The notes under the pieces were generated by a model. The model had not been told where the DNA came from, did not search any database, and worked only from the letters and a program-made list of their open reading frames with translations. From the human T2T-CHM13v2.0 reference genome, Homo sapiens, in assembly GCF_009914755.1 (NCBI RefSeq), contig NC_060932.1: DNA of 64,000 bases. The stretch is one strand, 5' to 3'. Below, in pieces: positions 15,768 to 34,229 of the stretch. The translations under genes and the position numbers were made by a program. The stretch's first letter is position 1. The number at the start of each line of letters is the position of its first letter.

Positions 15768-16279
15768 CTTTACTTTTATCAGGGAAAGAACATTTGAACA
15801 GTCCAATAGAAGATAGGAATACATTTTAGATCAGATTCTCTTTCATATGATAGCCCATCATAACAGGGGCTCAAACATAAAATGTTTATTCCATGATAAA
15901 ACAGAAGTGTGTAACTAGACAATCTAGGGCAAAAATGGTAGTCAGAGGAAAAAAAAATGAATGCAATGTCAAAAGTGTCATAAAGGACAAAGAAATATAT
16001 GTTCTAGAAAAAATTACTAAATTTAAAATATGTAACCACTACTACCACTTTGAATTAGACAGTCTGTACTTTGCACAAAGACTGGACCAAGGGCCAAGAA
16101 AGGGTCAAACTGCAGCTAGAATTTTGCTCAATTGTATGCTCATAAGGCCATTTCTGTAAAGAAGCAGTACTTTTTCAAATTTGCCCTAAGGCATTATAAA
16201 AACTAATAAAAATACCTGGGTATAATGATCATGGACAAATTTGTTCCTTAATGTATAAAGAGCTTTTAAAGATAGGAAG

Positions 16280-17094
16280 CAACAACTGACAGGGTTATAG
16301 AAAGAAAGAAATAAACAATTGTAGTTGGAGATTTTAACATATCCCTAACAGAAATCAATAATCAGACCCCCCCAAAAAAATTAGCAATGGCTTAGAAAAT
16401 TTGAATAATGTCAAATTTATTGTGCGACTCAAATATGCTATATTTTGTATATATATCTTTTTGTGTATCTCAGTATAAAATTACATAACATTAAAGCAAA
16501 GAATACAAATTATTTTTAACAAAACATAACTTTACAAAAAATAACTGGTAACAAAAACTTGTTAAAAAGTAAACCTCAATAAATCCCAGATAAAACATTG
16601 TCTCTGAATATTATTCAATAAACTTATAAAGCAATTTTAAAAAGATAGTTTTTAAATTCCTGGAACTTATCTAAAATACTGTGAAATAACTTTCAATTAT
16701 AAGTGAAATAATTGAGATATTAGGAAATATTAGGATTGAATGACAATGAAAATGATGCAAGCATTTGGGGGACAAAAGCAGTATTTAGGAAATTTTTACC
16801 TTAAAGGGTATTCATCAAAAAATAGGGATGCTTCAAAATGATGAAATAGGATATTACCTCACAACTGTTAGAATGGCTCTTATCAAAAGGCAAAAAATAA
16901 TATGAGATGGCAAGGACGTGGAGAAAAGGGAACCCTGGTACACTATTGGTTGCAATGTAAACTAATACAGTCATTATTTAATGAAAACAGTATGGAGGTA
17001 CCTCCAAAAACTTAAAATGGAACTACCATATGATTCAGCAGTTCCACTACTGAGTATCAAAGGATATGAAATCAGTATGTCAAAAAGATACCTG
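16280..17094 (+). mobile_element. Older L1M fragments; host of the nested L1, resuming at 23235-23810
   Basis: gtggagaaaagggaaccc..tacact..tggt...aaagatacctg continues as cactcccatg after the insertion. Confidence 0.75.
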
Positions 17095-20000
17095 TGAGGG
17101 GACAAAGCAAGATGGGGAATACGTGCACCATTCATATCTTCACTGGAATACCAAATTTTACCAGCTATCTGCACACTGAAAAACACTATCACAAGACCCA
17201 AAAATCAGGTGAGCAAACACAGTACCTGGTTTTAACTTCATATGATTGGAAGTGACATTGAGGAGGGTTGGAGAGACAGTCTTTAATCACCAATGCCATC
17301 CTTCTCCTAACCCCCAGCAACAGTTGTTCAACATGGAGAGTCTGTGCATTTGGGAGAGGAAGAGCGCAGTGACTGGGGAACTTTACATTGAACTCAGTGT
17401 TGCCCTGTCATGGCAGAGAGCAAAGCTTTGCTGGGCTCAGCCAGTGCCTGGATATGGAGGGAGCATTTGGACCAGATTTAGCCAGAGAGGAATCACCCAT
17501 TCCATCAGTCAGAACTTAAGTTTCTTAGCAAGCTACGCCACAGTGGGACAAAGTGCTCTGGAGTCCTAGGTAAACTGGAAAGGACACAAGGACTACAACT
17601 CCTAGGCAACACCTAGTGCCAGGCTGGGCTCAGAGCCAGAGGACTAGGATGGCACATGACCTAAGGAGATACCAGCTGGCATGGCTAAAGGAGTGCTAGT
17701 ACCACTCCTCCTCCAACCCCAGGCAGTGCAACTCACAGCAATTAAAGTGTCTCTTTCCTTCTCTTTAAGGGGAGGAGAGCAAAGAGTAAAGAGGGCTTTG
17801 TCTTGCATCTTGCATACCAGCTCAGCCACAGTAGGAGAGAGAACGAGGCAGAGTCAAGAAGCCCCCGTTCTAGGCCCTAGCTCTGGCACATTTCTAGACA
17901 AACATGGGCTAAAAGGAAGTTGCTGCCTTGAAGGGAAGGACCCAGTCCTGCAGGATTAATCACCTGCTGAATAAAGACCCCCTGGGCGCTGAATAACCAG
18001 CAATGATACCCAGGAACTATGCTGTGGGCATTGGGCTCTGAGATGTGCAGGCTTCACAGGTGACTCAGCACATTCCCACCAGTGGTGGCTGTGATGAAAG
18101 ACTGCTTCTGTTTGAGAAAAACAGAGAGAAAACTAAGGTGACTTTGTCTTGCACCTTAGATGTCAGCTCAGCCACAGTGGGTTAGAGCAAAAAGCAGGCT
18201 CATGGAGTCCCTGAGTACAAGCTTAGTACAAGCTCAGCATTTCAGTACCTGCCCTGGCCCAGAGGGGAGCCTATTGCCCTGAAGGGTGAGTCACAGGCCT
18301 GGCAGCATTTACCACAAACTGACAGAGGAAACCTTGGGCTTTCAGTGAACATTGCAGTGGCCTGACGGAACCCCCTTGTGGTCCAGTGGTGGTAGATCCC
18401 ACAGGGAGAGGCTCTTCTGCCTGTGGTAAGGGGAGGGAAGAGCAGGAAGGACTTTATATTGTGGTTTGAGTGCCACCTTAGCCACAGTAGAATAGAACAT
18501 CAGGCAAATTTCTAAGGTGTTTGACCCCAATCCCTAGCTCCCAGATAGCATCTGTGGATCTGATCAGGGCCTAGGGGAACTTACCACCCCGAAGAGAAGT
18601 ACCCAAACCTGGCTGGCTTTGCCACCTACTGATTGTAGAGTCCTAGGACCTTGAGTGAACATAGGTGATAGTAGCCAAGTAGTGGTTACAGTCGGCCTTG
18701 GGCAAGACCCAATGCTGTTCTGGCTTCAGGTCTGACCCTGTGCAGAACCAGCGGTGGTAGCCACAGGGGTGCTTGCATCACCACAACCCCAGTTCCAGGC
18801 AGCTCAGCAGAGAGAGAGAAAGAGACTCCATTTGTCTGGGAGAAAGTAAGGGAAAAGAATAAGAGTCTCTGGTGATCCAGAGAATTATTCTGGATCTTAT
18901 CAAAGACCACCAAGGTGGTACCTCTATGAGTCTGCAAAAAACACAGCATTATTGGGCTTGGGGCCAAGTCACTTTGAATACCTGGAAAACCTTCCCAAGA
19001 AGGATGGGCACAACAAGCCAAGACTGCAATAAATACCTAACTCTTCAATGCCAAGACACCAAAGACCGTCTATAAGCATTAGGATCATCCAGGAAAACAA
19101 GACTTCACCAAATGAACTAAATAAGGCACCAGGGACCAATACTTGAGAAACAGATGTGACCTTTCAGATAGAAAATTCAAAATTGCTATTTTGAGGGAAC
19201 TCAATGAAATTCTATATAACACAGAGAAGGAATTCCAAATTTTTTGATAAATTTAACAACGAGATTGAAATAATTAAAAATAATCAAGTGGATATTCTAG
19301 TGTTGAAATATGCAGTTGAAATACTAAAGAACGCATCAATGTCCCTTCAGAGCAGAATAGATCAAGCAGAAGAATTAGTGACCTTCAAGAGGCCATTTGA
19401 AAATGCAAAGAGCAAACAAAAGAAAAACAAATAAAAAACAGTGAAGCACACCTACAAGATCTAAAAAACAGACTCAAAAGAGCAAATCTAAGAGTTATTG
19501 GCTTTAAGATAGATAGAAAACAATACAAAAGATCAATGAAACAGGTTTGTTTTTTTAAAGATAAGCAAAGTTGACAAACTTTCAGCCAGACTAACAGAGG
19601 AAAAAAGAGAGAAGACCCAAATAAACAAAATCAGGGATGAATAAGGACACATTACAATTGATACCACAGAAATTCAAAGGATAATTAGTGGCTGCTGTGA
19701 GCAACTATATGCCAATAAATTGGAAAATATAGAGGAAATGCATAAACTCCTAGACACTTACTAGATTGGGCCACAAAGAAACCCAATAGCTTAACAGATC
19801 AATAACAAATAACAAGATCAAAGCCATAATGAACAGTCTCCCAGTAAAGAAAAGCCTGAACCCAATGGCTTCAATGCTAAATTCTAACAAACATTTAAAG
19901 AAGAACCAATACCAACTCTACTCAAACTATTTCAAAAAATAAAGAAGGAGAGAATACTTCCAAACTCGTTCTACAAGGCCGTTATTACTTTGATACCAAA

Positions 20001-21475
20001 AGCAGACAAAGACACATAAAAAAAAAAAACTACAGACCAATATCTCTAATGAATATTGATGCAGAAATCCAAAAAAAAAAAAAAAATACTAGCAAACCAA
20101 ATTCAACAATACATTAAAAAGGTCGTTCATCAAGACCAAGTAAAATTTATCCCTGGGATGCAAGGATGATTCAACATATACAAACCAATTAATGTGATAT
20201 ATCATATCATCAGAATGAAGTACTAAAACCATATGATTATTTTAATTGTTTCTGAAAAAGCATTTGATAAAATTCAATATCCCTTCAAGATAAAAACCCT
20301 CAAAAAACTGGGGATGCAAGGAACATACCTCAACATGATGAAAGCCATATACAACAGACTCACAGCTAGTATCATACTGAATGCAGAAAAACTGAAAGCC
20401 TTTCCTCTAAGATCTGGAACATGGCAAGGACGCCCAGTTTCACCACTCTTATTCAGCATAGTACTGGAAGTCCTAACTAGTGCAATCAGCCAAGAGAAAT
20501 AAATAAAGGGCATCTAAATTGGAAAGTTAGAAGTCAAGTTATCCTTGCTTGCAGATGACATGATCTTATATTTGGAAAAACCTAAAGGCTCCACCAAAAA
20601 CTATTAGAACTGATAAATTCAGTAAAGTTTCAGGATACATGATCAACATAAAAAATCAGTAGCATTTCTATATGGCAACAGTGAACAATCTGAAAAAGAA
20701 ATCAAGAAAGTAATTCCATTTATAACAATCACAAATAAAATTAAATACCTAGAAATTGACTTAACCAAAGAAATGAAAGATCTCTACAATGAAAACTATA
20801 AAACATTGGCGCAAGAAATTGAAGATGGCACACACAAAAATAGAAAGATGTTCCATGTTCATGGATTGGTATAATCAATGATGTTAAACTTTCTATACTA
20901 CCCAAAGAATTCTACAGATTCAGTGCAATCCCTATCAGAATACCAATGACATTCATCACAGAAATTGAAGAAATAATTCTAAAATTCATGTGGAGCCACA
21001 AAAGACACAGAATAGCCAAAGCTATCCTGAGCAAAAAGAACAAAACTGAAGGAATCACATTGCCTTTCTTCAAATTATACTACAGTGCTATAGTAACTGA
21101 AAAAGCATGGTACTGCCATAAAAACAGACACGTAGACCAATGGAACACAATAGAGAACCCAGAAACAAATCCATACACCTACAGTGAACTCATTTTTGAC
21201 AAAGGTGCCAAGAGTATACATTGGAGAAAGGAAGGTCTCTTCAATAAATCGTGCTGGGAACACTGGATATCTATATGAATAATAATGAAACTTGACCCCT
21301 ATCTCTTGCCATATACAAAAATCAAATTAAAACGGATTAAAGACCTAAATCTAATACCTAAATCTATGAAACTATTACAAGAAAACATTCAAGAAACCCC
21401 CTGAGACATTCATCTTGGCAACAATTTCTTGAGTAATACCCCACACACAGGCAAACAAAGCAAAAGTAGACAAAA

Positions 21476-21800
<325 letters not shown>

Positions 21801-22758
21801 TTAAAAAGCTTCTGCACAGCAAAGGAAATAATGAAGATACAACCCACAGAATGGGAGGAAATATTTGCAAAGAAACTATCCATCTCAGAAGGGATTAATA
21901 GCCAGAATGTATTAGGAACTCAAACAACTGTATAGGAAAAAAATCCAATAAGCCAGTTAAAAAATAGGTAAAAGATTTTAATAGAGATTTCTCAAAAGAA
22001 GACATACAAATAGCAACCGGGCATATCAGAAGATTCTCAACATCATTGATCATCAGAGAAATGCAAATCAAAACTACAATGACATGTTATCTCACTCCAG
22101 TCAAAATGGCTTATATCCTAAAACAATAACAAATGCTGGTAAATATGTGGAGAAAAGGGAACCCTTGTACACTATTGGTTGGAATGTAAATTAGTACACC
22201 CTCTATGGAGAACAGTTTGGAGGTTCCTCAAAAAACTAAAAATAGAGCTACCATATGATCCACTATCCCACTGGTGGGTATATACCCAAAAGAAGGGAAA
22301 TCGGTATATCAAAGGCATATTTGCCCTGTCATATTTGTTGCAGTACTGTTCACAATAGCCAAGATTTGGAAGCAACCTACATGTCCATAATGGATACAGA
22401 AAATGTATTTATGCATGGTGGAGTACTATTCAGCCAGAAAGAAATGAGATCCTGTCACTTGTAACAACATGGATGGAACTGGAGGTCGTTATATCAAGTG
22501 AAATAAGCCAGGCACAGAAACACAAACATTGCATGTTGTCACTTATTTGTGGGATATAAAAATCAAAACAATTTAACATATGGAGATGGAGACTAGTAGG
22601 ATGATTACCAGAGGCTGGGATGGGTCGCAGTGGGTGAAGGGGATGTGGCAATGGTTAACGGGTACAAATAATAGAAATAATAAATAGAACCTAGTATTTG
22701 ATAGCACAACAGGGTGACTATAGTCAAAATAATTTAATTGTGCATTTAAAAATAACTA

Positions 22759-23160
<402 letters not shown>

Positions 23161-23819
23161 TTATCAATATATCTCCTGTACTCCATAAATACATACACCT
23201 ACTATGTACTCACAAAGTTAAAAAATTAAAATTAAAAAAGATATCTGCACTCCCATGATCATTGCAACGTTAGCCACAACAGAATTGATATGGAATGAAA
23301 CTGTCATCAACAGATGTACAGGTAATAAAAATGTAAATATACACAATGAAATACTATTCAACTTCTAAAAAGAAGAAAATTCTATCATTTCTGACAACAT
23401 AGTTGAACCTAGAGGGCATTATGTTAGGTGAAATAAGCCAGGTATAGAAAATAAATACCACATGATCTAACTTATATATAGAATCTAAAAAGTTGCAGTT
23501 TCTGAAGCAGAGAAAAGAGCCTGGTGGGGTGAGAAGATTGGGGAGATATAGGTCAAAAGACCTAAAATTTCACTTAGACAAGAGGAATAAGTTCAAGAGA
23601 TCTATTGTATATAATGGCAACTATAGTTAATATATACTTGAAAATTTCTGAGAGGGTAGATTTAAAGTGTTCTCACACAAAAGAATAAATATTTGAGGTA
23701 GTACAAATGTTAAATAGCTTGATTTAGCCATGCTGCAATGTATACACTTATCAAAACATCATGTATACCATAAATATGTGCAATGTTTACTTGACAAAAA
23801 AATTTTTAACGAAAATAGA

Positions 23820-25950
<2,131 letters not shown>

Positions 25951-26040
25951 ATGACATGCCATGTCTTAATTGTGTTTTAAAGGGCTGTTGCGTGTCATCA
26001 TGGATGAGGTAAGAATTGAAGCCAGAGATTACTTAGGTAG

Positions 26041-26341
<301 letters not shown>

Positions 26342-26882
26342 TAGCTATTTTATGGTATATTCACAAAGATGGTAGTTTGGACTGGAGTGGTATCAAGGGA
26401 GATGGCGCAAAGTGTGCAAATTTTGACTTGTTCCCCTAAGCTCCGAACTCATGTCCAACCACCTATGAGGCATCTCTATCTGCAATCCTATAGGTCATGT
26501 ATGCAAATGTGTCTAACACTGAACATATTTTCTCCATACAAATCTTCTCCTCTTGAGTATATTATTGAGTATCAGTACTAGAGACCTGGTAGTCATCCAT
26601 ATGATGGTTATATATAAGGATATATGATAGTCCTTATCATATCCCCACTGTTATTAGTTTAATTTGAGCTCCTTGTGCTGCATCTCTTGTAGCAGTAATC
26701 TTACTTAACTGTCAACCTTCCACTGAAACTTATACCTTTAGTTAGAGATGCAATTAATTAAAACAAAATTTGGACTTCACCATATAGTGACTTTGTCTTT
26801 TTCTACTGTGCTTTAAAATAAACCTCGTTTCTTAGTGTTTCAAATGGTTTACTAAGATATTGAATAGATCTTGTTGTTTTAG

Positions 26883-26999
26883 TCGGAATGTGGAACAGGG
26901 GCTTCGAGGGACCCGCACTATGACCGGACATTATAATACAATTAGCCGAATGGACAGACATCGTGTCATGGATGACCATTATTCTCCAGATAGAGACAG
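26883..26999 (+). CDS. RIMS2: RIMS2 coding exon (117 nt, phase 2->2)
   Basis: ttgttgttttag|TCGG...GACAG|gtaaat; (S)RNVEQGLRGTRTMTGHYNTISRMDRHRVMDDHYSPDRD; in frame with the previous exon. Confidence 0.95.
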
Positions 27000-29349
27000 G
27001 TAAATATGATTAAATACTATTAGACCTTATTATTAATATAATCACTGCTTTCAGGAAGGGGTTACCATAAAATATTTTCACATATTCCTTTTTCTTAGTT
27101 TCTGAAACAATGTTTTTCTCTTACAACGCTTACATTATTTCTTATGACTGCCACATTGTTAAAGGTAAATAAATACAAACAACCTTTTCTCTGGTAAGAA
27201 AAAAACAAAATTATCTTTCTCCTGCCATTTTGTTTTTGGTTTAATCAAACCAGTTAAGTTAGTGAATCTGTATAAGTGATTATAATGTTAATTATAGTGA
27301 AACCAAGATGTTTTATTATTTTTCTTGTCATAAACAATTATATATATAAATACTTTCATGAGACAAAAGATTTTAAAGTCTTTTACATTCATCAGAGAAA
27401 TTGGTGTGACTTTTCACATATGGAAGTATTGAGACGGAGTCTGATTTGTTTAGGAAACATTTTATGATTCATGAAGAGGTTTTTCCTCATGGCTTTCAGT
27501 AAACCTTTTAAGCATCTTAAAGATTGTTTGCTGTATTTGGAAGAGCTCTCTGAATTTGCTCCATTAAATGTCACAAACTTGGAAGTAACATGGTATGTTA
27601 CAATGCTTACATTAGCTGCTATTAATATTTTTAACTTAAGCAAATCGATAAACTCTCTAATTCATGCTTTGGTTATACATGAAGTAAATGCCATTATGTT
27701 TCCCAAACTATTCAAAGATATGATAAAATAACGAAGGAACTCAGAAGTCCCTTTGTATGCATCCTAAACCGATTTTAGGAAGAACATTTGAGGGCTTTTA
27801 AATAAGCTGATATGAGAAATTACTGTTTACATTTAAACACTTAATTTTTTTGTCTAAATTAAGATTATACTTAATTCATGCTTAATTTCACTGTGATTTA
27901 GTATACTTCTCCAGAACTAAAGAGGGGATATCATAGTCTTCAATAGTGTCTAACAAGTATTGGCTTTTGTGCCTGAGATCTAAGAAGAAATTATATGTAA
28001 GAAGTTATTAAATTAATACTGCTTTTAGTGATAAATGAAAGCTAATGTAGTATTTTATTTTCTTTTAATTTGCTTAACTTTTTCATAGTAATCTGTGTCT
28101 TTAGGGGTAATTATAGACATGCTACATGTAGAAGTTGATGCTTATCAAGTACAATACTGTAATAGAAAGAAGGGTAACTATGTTGGCATGATTAGGAGTT
28201 GAAAGGAGTCATATTAGGATGAATGAAGAGGTATTTTAGTTGCCTAATATAGCATTTTAATGAGCTTGATTGTTTCTGGAAATTATTTATATACCAAGTC
28301 ATAAAATCCTTGTTCCTTGAAGGTTTGTTAATGGAAATGATGAGAGAGAAAATTCTGAAATGAATTTAAACTTTGTTCAATTTTATGTAAAGTTTTATTT
28401 TAATGAAAAAATGGACTTTGTTTTCTTTAAGACAAATAAATGCTGTCTAAATCTTGAAGAAAAATAAAATTAACATCTAGAATTATAAATAAAAATGATT
28501 GCTATCATGTCAAATGCATAATACTTTATAAATATTTAAAGGCAAATGACCCTAGGTTTAATGGCAGCAAAGCTTCCTATTAAAGCCTAGATGATTAATC
28601 CTTGGTATTAGTTAATATGGTCATATTAGGTAATTATCATGTCAGAGATATCCTACAATGTGCATTTTTATGGTCTGTCCCAATTTATGTCTGCAACTGA
28701 AACATCATTATATTTTTATTTTTTATTTAAAAAATTTATAAATCTTTTAGTTTAGCAAAAATGTTCATATAATTATTTTCTGAAGTTTTCAAGAAAATTG
28801 ATCCATGTGGTTTTTATTTCTCTTTTAGAGCACTGTCAATGCCAGATCACAATTCCTCTTAATTGTGAGCTGCCTTAAATCCTTTTTTCAAATAAATAAA
28901 ATAGAATTTTATTTAAATAGAAATATAAAACCATTTCTAATATTATTTATCTGTGTAATTATTTATTAACATGAGGAATAAAAAATTTAAAAGTTCAATA
29001 TTATATATGTGGTCTGTCACATTAAGCAACAAATTCTTAATCTCTGTTTTATCTTAATATTCTAAGAGTTTTGGTAATAAAATGCATATGTCTGCATTAT
29101 GATTTTTAGAAGATAAGAATACTCTAGAACTCTTACAGTGAATTTTCATGAATAGCATTTTAATCAATAATAATGTTGATTAAAAAGCCTAAGAGAGAAT
29201 TTCCTTTGAGATAATAATAGTAATTTAGGTCTTTTGAGAGGTACAATAACTAACCTTTCTTGTCAGTAAGAATTGATGCACTGGACTAGAATAGTATTTT
29301 ATTGAATGTATATATTTTATTGAATCTTTTTTATAGGATTTGAAACCAA

Positions 29350-29560
29350 ATGGCCTTGATTTTGAATGCAGGATTTAACCTCTTGCTACCTGTGTCTTTG
29401 GGAAAATTAACCTCTTTGACACTTGATTTTCTTATCTGTAAAATTAGAATATCAGTATCAACTTTACTGAGTTGTGTAGATTAAATGACTCGTATCAACT
29501 TTATTGAGTTGTGTAGATTAAATGACACTGCCTCCAATTGTATAGTAGGTATTGAAAATA
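29350..29560. mobile_element. MIR fragment containing a 37-bp tandem duplication
   Basis: tttcttatctgtaaaat...gttgtg.agattaaatga MIR core; unit repeated at 29455-29489 and 29492-29526. Confidence 0.65.
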
Positions 29561-29570
29561 CGTGCTTTAA

Positions 29571-30010
<440 letters not shown>

Positions 30011-30529
30011 TAGTTTTTTGTTTGTTTGTTTGTTTGTTTTTTAAGTTTTGTGTAGAATGAATGTAGGGCATGAATTGGACCTTGAAAAATGGGCATGTTT
30101 ATTCAGGCAAGACCAAGAGCAAGGATAGACTATAATGAGTGAGAAAAGATGCTATTTGATATTCATTAATAGTACTTGGTTAAACTTGGGTGGTGTAAGG
30201 AGAAGATATAGTATTTATATCCTTTCTATAGGTAATGTAAAAATAATTTACACTTTAAATTTTTATTAGGTCTTTGTTTCTCTGCCTATCTCACTGTGTT
30301 ATCATTAGTCAAAATCCTATTCTGCTTTGCAAAGTAGATAGATTCTTCACAAGTAATTTAGTAACCTGGATGCAAGGACTCAGCTAAAACAAGGAATTAT
30401 TAAGCATATCTTTCATCTCCTACTTCCATTCCACCGCTTTTTATACCATTGTTTTTCTGATAAGTCCTGGTAACTACTACAACTAGGAACATAATTTTTC
30501 CTGAGGCAGACTATGTGGCCTTAGTATTA

Positions 30530-30814
<285 letters not shown>

Positions 30815-31326
30815 TTATGTCTATCCTGGAGGCCAAAATACATTAGATGCATTTATTTCCATGGAGTGTACTTTTAGCATCATAAGAATACAATTAATGT
30901 TGGCAAAAGATAAATTACTTTATAAGCTTTTTTTCTCCTATACATTCAGTTAATAGATATATATTCTAAAAAGGAAAATGCCCTATTATATGGACCACTG
31001 GCATACCTTACACACTCATGCTATTTATCTATTCCTTGTCAGGAAGTCAGCTACCAGAAAGTGTAACTCGTACTCATAACTATTTCACCAAAAAGAATAG
31101 TCTCTTTTTTCCTTTCAGTTATCAACTATGAAGGAAACATATCTCTGATAGTTTAAAATTATGAAGTAAATGAAAAAAGAAAATTCACTTTACAAAAATA
31201 ATATAACGTTTTATTTTACTTATTTTATTTGCTGTATTTCGGAAACATTTTAAGACAGTTAAATCATACTGAGTAGAATGTAGGGACTACAACATAAGGA
31301 AAGCATTAACAATATTAAAGACACAT

Positions 31327-31662
31327 GCCAGGCACAGTGGCTCATGCCTGTAATGCCAGAACTTTGGGAGGTTTAAGCAGGCACATCACTTGAGCCCAGG
31401 AGTTCTCAACCAGTCTAGGCCATATAGTGAGACCCTATCTCCACAAACACACACAAAAAATAAAAAATAAATAAAATTAGCCCAGGTGTGGTGGTGTGCA
31501 CCTTTTTTTTATTCCAGCTACTCAGGAGGCTGAGGTGGGAGGATTGCATGAGCCTAGGGAAGTCAAGGCTGCAGTGAGCTGAGATCGCACCACTGCAGTC
31601 CAGCCAGGGTGACAGAGCAAGACCCTGTCTCAAAAAAAAAAAAAAAAAAAGAATAAAAAAAA
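31327..31662 (+). mobile_element. AluJ
   Basis: cttgagcccaggagtt, ggtgggaggattgc and gtcaaggctgcagtgagc (AluJ diagnostics). Confidence 0.9.
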
Positions 31663-32809
31663 TGTTTTTGCATTAAGTAAGGGTTTTTGGAAGCTATAGT
31701 TTTACTTAAGAATGGAATACTTTATCTCCCATTTTTGCAGTTCTTTTTTGTATGGACTAAAGTGATTCCTAAAGGGGACATTCGGCTAATTTCATATAGT
31801 GGAAGGACAATTCATTATAAATATAATTTTGTGTTGTCTTTAAAGGTTATATTGCTTAAGAATCAAAGTGTCTAGAAATTGGATTAGTAATCTAGTTTAA
31901 TACTTTGAATAGTAATTTTTTATCATGAGCCTTAGAATCTATGACTTCTTTATTTTGTTTTTGCTTTTTAAAATTTAGTAAATGTATTGTTTTTCTATTT
32001 TTTTCTTTTACAGTGATTTACTGCTCAGATTGGACTAACTGCAGTTTTAATATAACTTACTTTATTTGTTTAGTCATTATGCATATTTAAGACACTATGC
32101 ATACTTATTGCTCAAATTTAATAATGTCCATTAATTTTGGAAAAAAAGTAAGCATGGTTCAGTGGAGAAGTGTAATATGTTTTAAGGTTGTACCAAGTGG
32201 ATGCAGCAAAGGACCTTGAGTATGGCTGTGGACCTTAGGTAGATTTTAGAGGGCTTACTAAAACACAATGGTAAATTTTGTATAATGTTCATGCATGAGT
32301 TTTTATAGTTTTCAACAGAATCTCAAGGAGGGTCATGACCAGATAAGGTTAAGAACTAACATGACTAGAGACAGAAAAGAGAAATAAAATAAATTGATGC
32401 TTGATAAAGGTGATTCTTGCTTAATGGCTGCTTTGGCTTTATAGGGACAAAGTTAATTATAAGACTCTTCAAGGAAACTATTAGAAATTGGATGATTTTA
32501 TATATATATTTTATAAATTTATAAATTTTAGCAAGCTTTGAAATTTACATATTTTCTGTTATTCTTAAGTAATTTTGGAGAAAACCTATTCCTTTTAAAG
32601 CAGTAAAGCCCAACATCACAACTGTTGGGTATTATTTCTCTTCTTCATAAAGCTATGTATACTTTTTTAAATATTTCCTTACATAGGCTCATAATCTTCT
32701 GTTTATGTTTCTAGAATGTTCTATAATTATATGAACCACTGCTCTTTTTTGAGAGAAGGCTCATCGTGAAAACAGTATAATTTTGATTTTACTTTTTAGT
32801 GCAATCCAA

Positions 32810-33560
32810 AATATATTTGAGTGGGTCAGCCATTGTGCACAAAGATTTAAAACAGACATTATCCTGGTCTAGCCAGACAAATTATCCTATATCAACTAAT
32901 TTTAAAATGTTGAAGACTGTGTGGCAGAAGGATAACAATACTGGAACAGATTGGAGAGAAAATTACTTGATTGGGTGAACTGGAAAAGGCATCACAGAGA
33001 AGTTGGGCTTTAAAGATTGAATAAGATTGTGAAAAGTGAAGCAGTGGAGACAGAGGGAGAATGGTGGGCATTCTTGACAGAATGATGAACATGAACAAAT
33101 TCTTGGAGTCAGGAAAACACATGATAATTTAGAGAATCTTAGGTAGTCTGTTGTACCTAGATAAGAGGTAGTGGTATGGGGAATGGAAAGTGATAGAAGA
33201 TGAAGATTGAAAGTAGTTTAGAACTTTTAGGGAATTTATACTTGTTTTTTGATATCAGGAACCAGTGAAGGATTTTTAGTAAGGTACCTATGTGATCAGA
33301 AAGCATAATATGCAAATAAACTTCTGTAGACAAGATGAAGATTGTATTTAGTCAGGGGAAGACTGGGGTCTGAAGGTAGGAAGTCCTAAGAGAAGGTTGT
33401 TTCAATAGACATAGTAAACCTGATTTAAGGTGGTGGCAGGAGAAAAGGTAAAGGAGAGAAATCTGAGTTATTTAGGCATCAGAATAAGCAAGGCTTGTAA
33501 ATCCATTGAATGTGAAAAATGAGGAAATGGAGGAGTTAAATTTTGAGACTGTAAAACTTG
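32810..33560 (-). mobile_element. L2 fragments
   Basis: Purine-rich degenerate antisense L2 motifs. Confidence 0.5.
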
Positions 33561-34229
33561 GTTTATTAAATAAATATTTTAATCCTTACTTGAAGCTGGA
33601 ATTGCAAGAGATTACAAAAAAAGGAATAGCTGAAGTATTATATTAAGTTCTAAAGGGGGATTAAAGAATTACGTTAGAAATTAGAAGGGACTTTAGAGAT
33701 GATGGACTCCTGTGTTTTGTAGAGGTACCTGAGAGACTGCTATGACAGGTAAAAATGAGGCCAAATGGATAGAGATCTAGGCTTCTTACTCTCTTTAGCC
33801 AGCATCATCCTGATATTATTTGATTACTGTATATTGATTCTATATCAAATTTTGTTTGGAAAAAAAGTGATGTGCTAAAAAAAAAATAGAGTTTGAAAAC
33901 CACTGCTTGAACCTCCTCGTAAATAGGCAAAGGGTATTGTTCTAGTCTCACAATGAACATATGTTTTCCTGAAGTGTCTACATGTCACTCAAGCATTATG
34001 TGGAGAGCCCAGAAGCAGATGGAAAAGTGTTGTGCAACCCAAAGAATAATCAGTAATAAAGCAGAGTTATTGTTTACACCATAAAAACAATTGCATTATT
34101 TAGAAAGAACGTGTTGGAATATAAGATCAGGAAATGAATCTTGGGAAAATCACTGCCTCTCTACAGAGAAAGGAAATCCAGTACATTAAATGCATGAAGA
34201 ACCACTCATATAGGTGAGAGACCAGGCTG

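Noticed and set aside
20233-21278. Reverse-transcriptase-like ORFs
   Set aside because: Broken L1 ORF2 fragments with stops and frameshifts, not a novel RT system
27392-27731. Overlapping 83/86-aa ORFs on opposite strands in non-Alu sequence
   Set aside because: No recognisable homology or splice context; ORF lengths are within chance
30221-30240. AG|GT recursive-splice-like motifs (also near 48335, 52370, 36640)
   Set aside because: These introns are short for recursive splicing, the motifs are imperfect, and such matches are expected by chance
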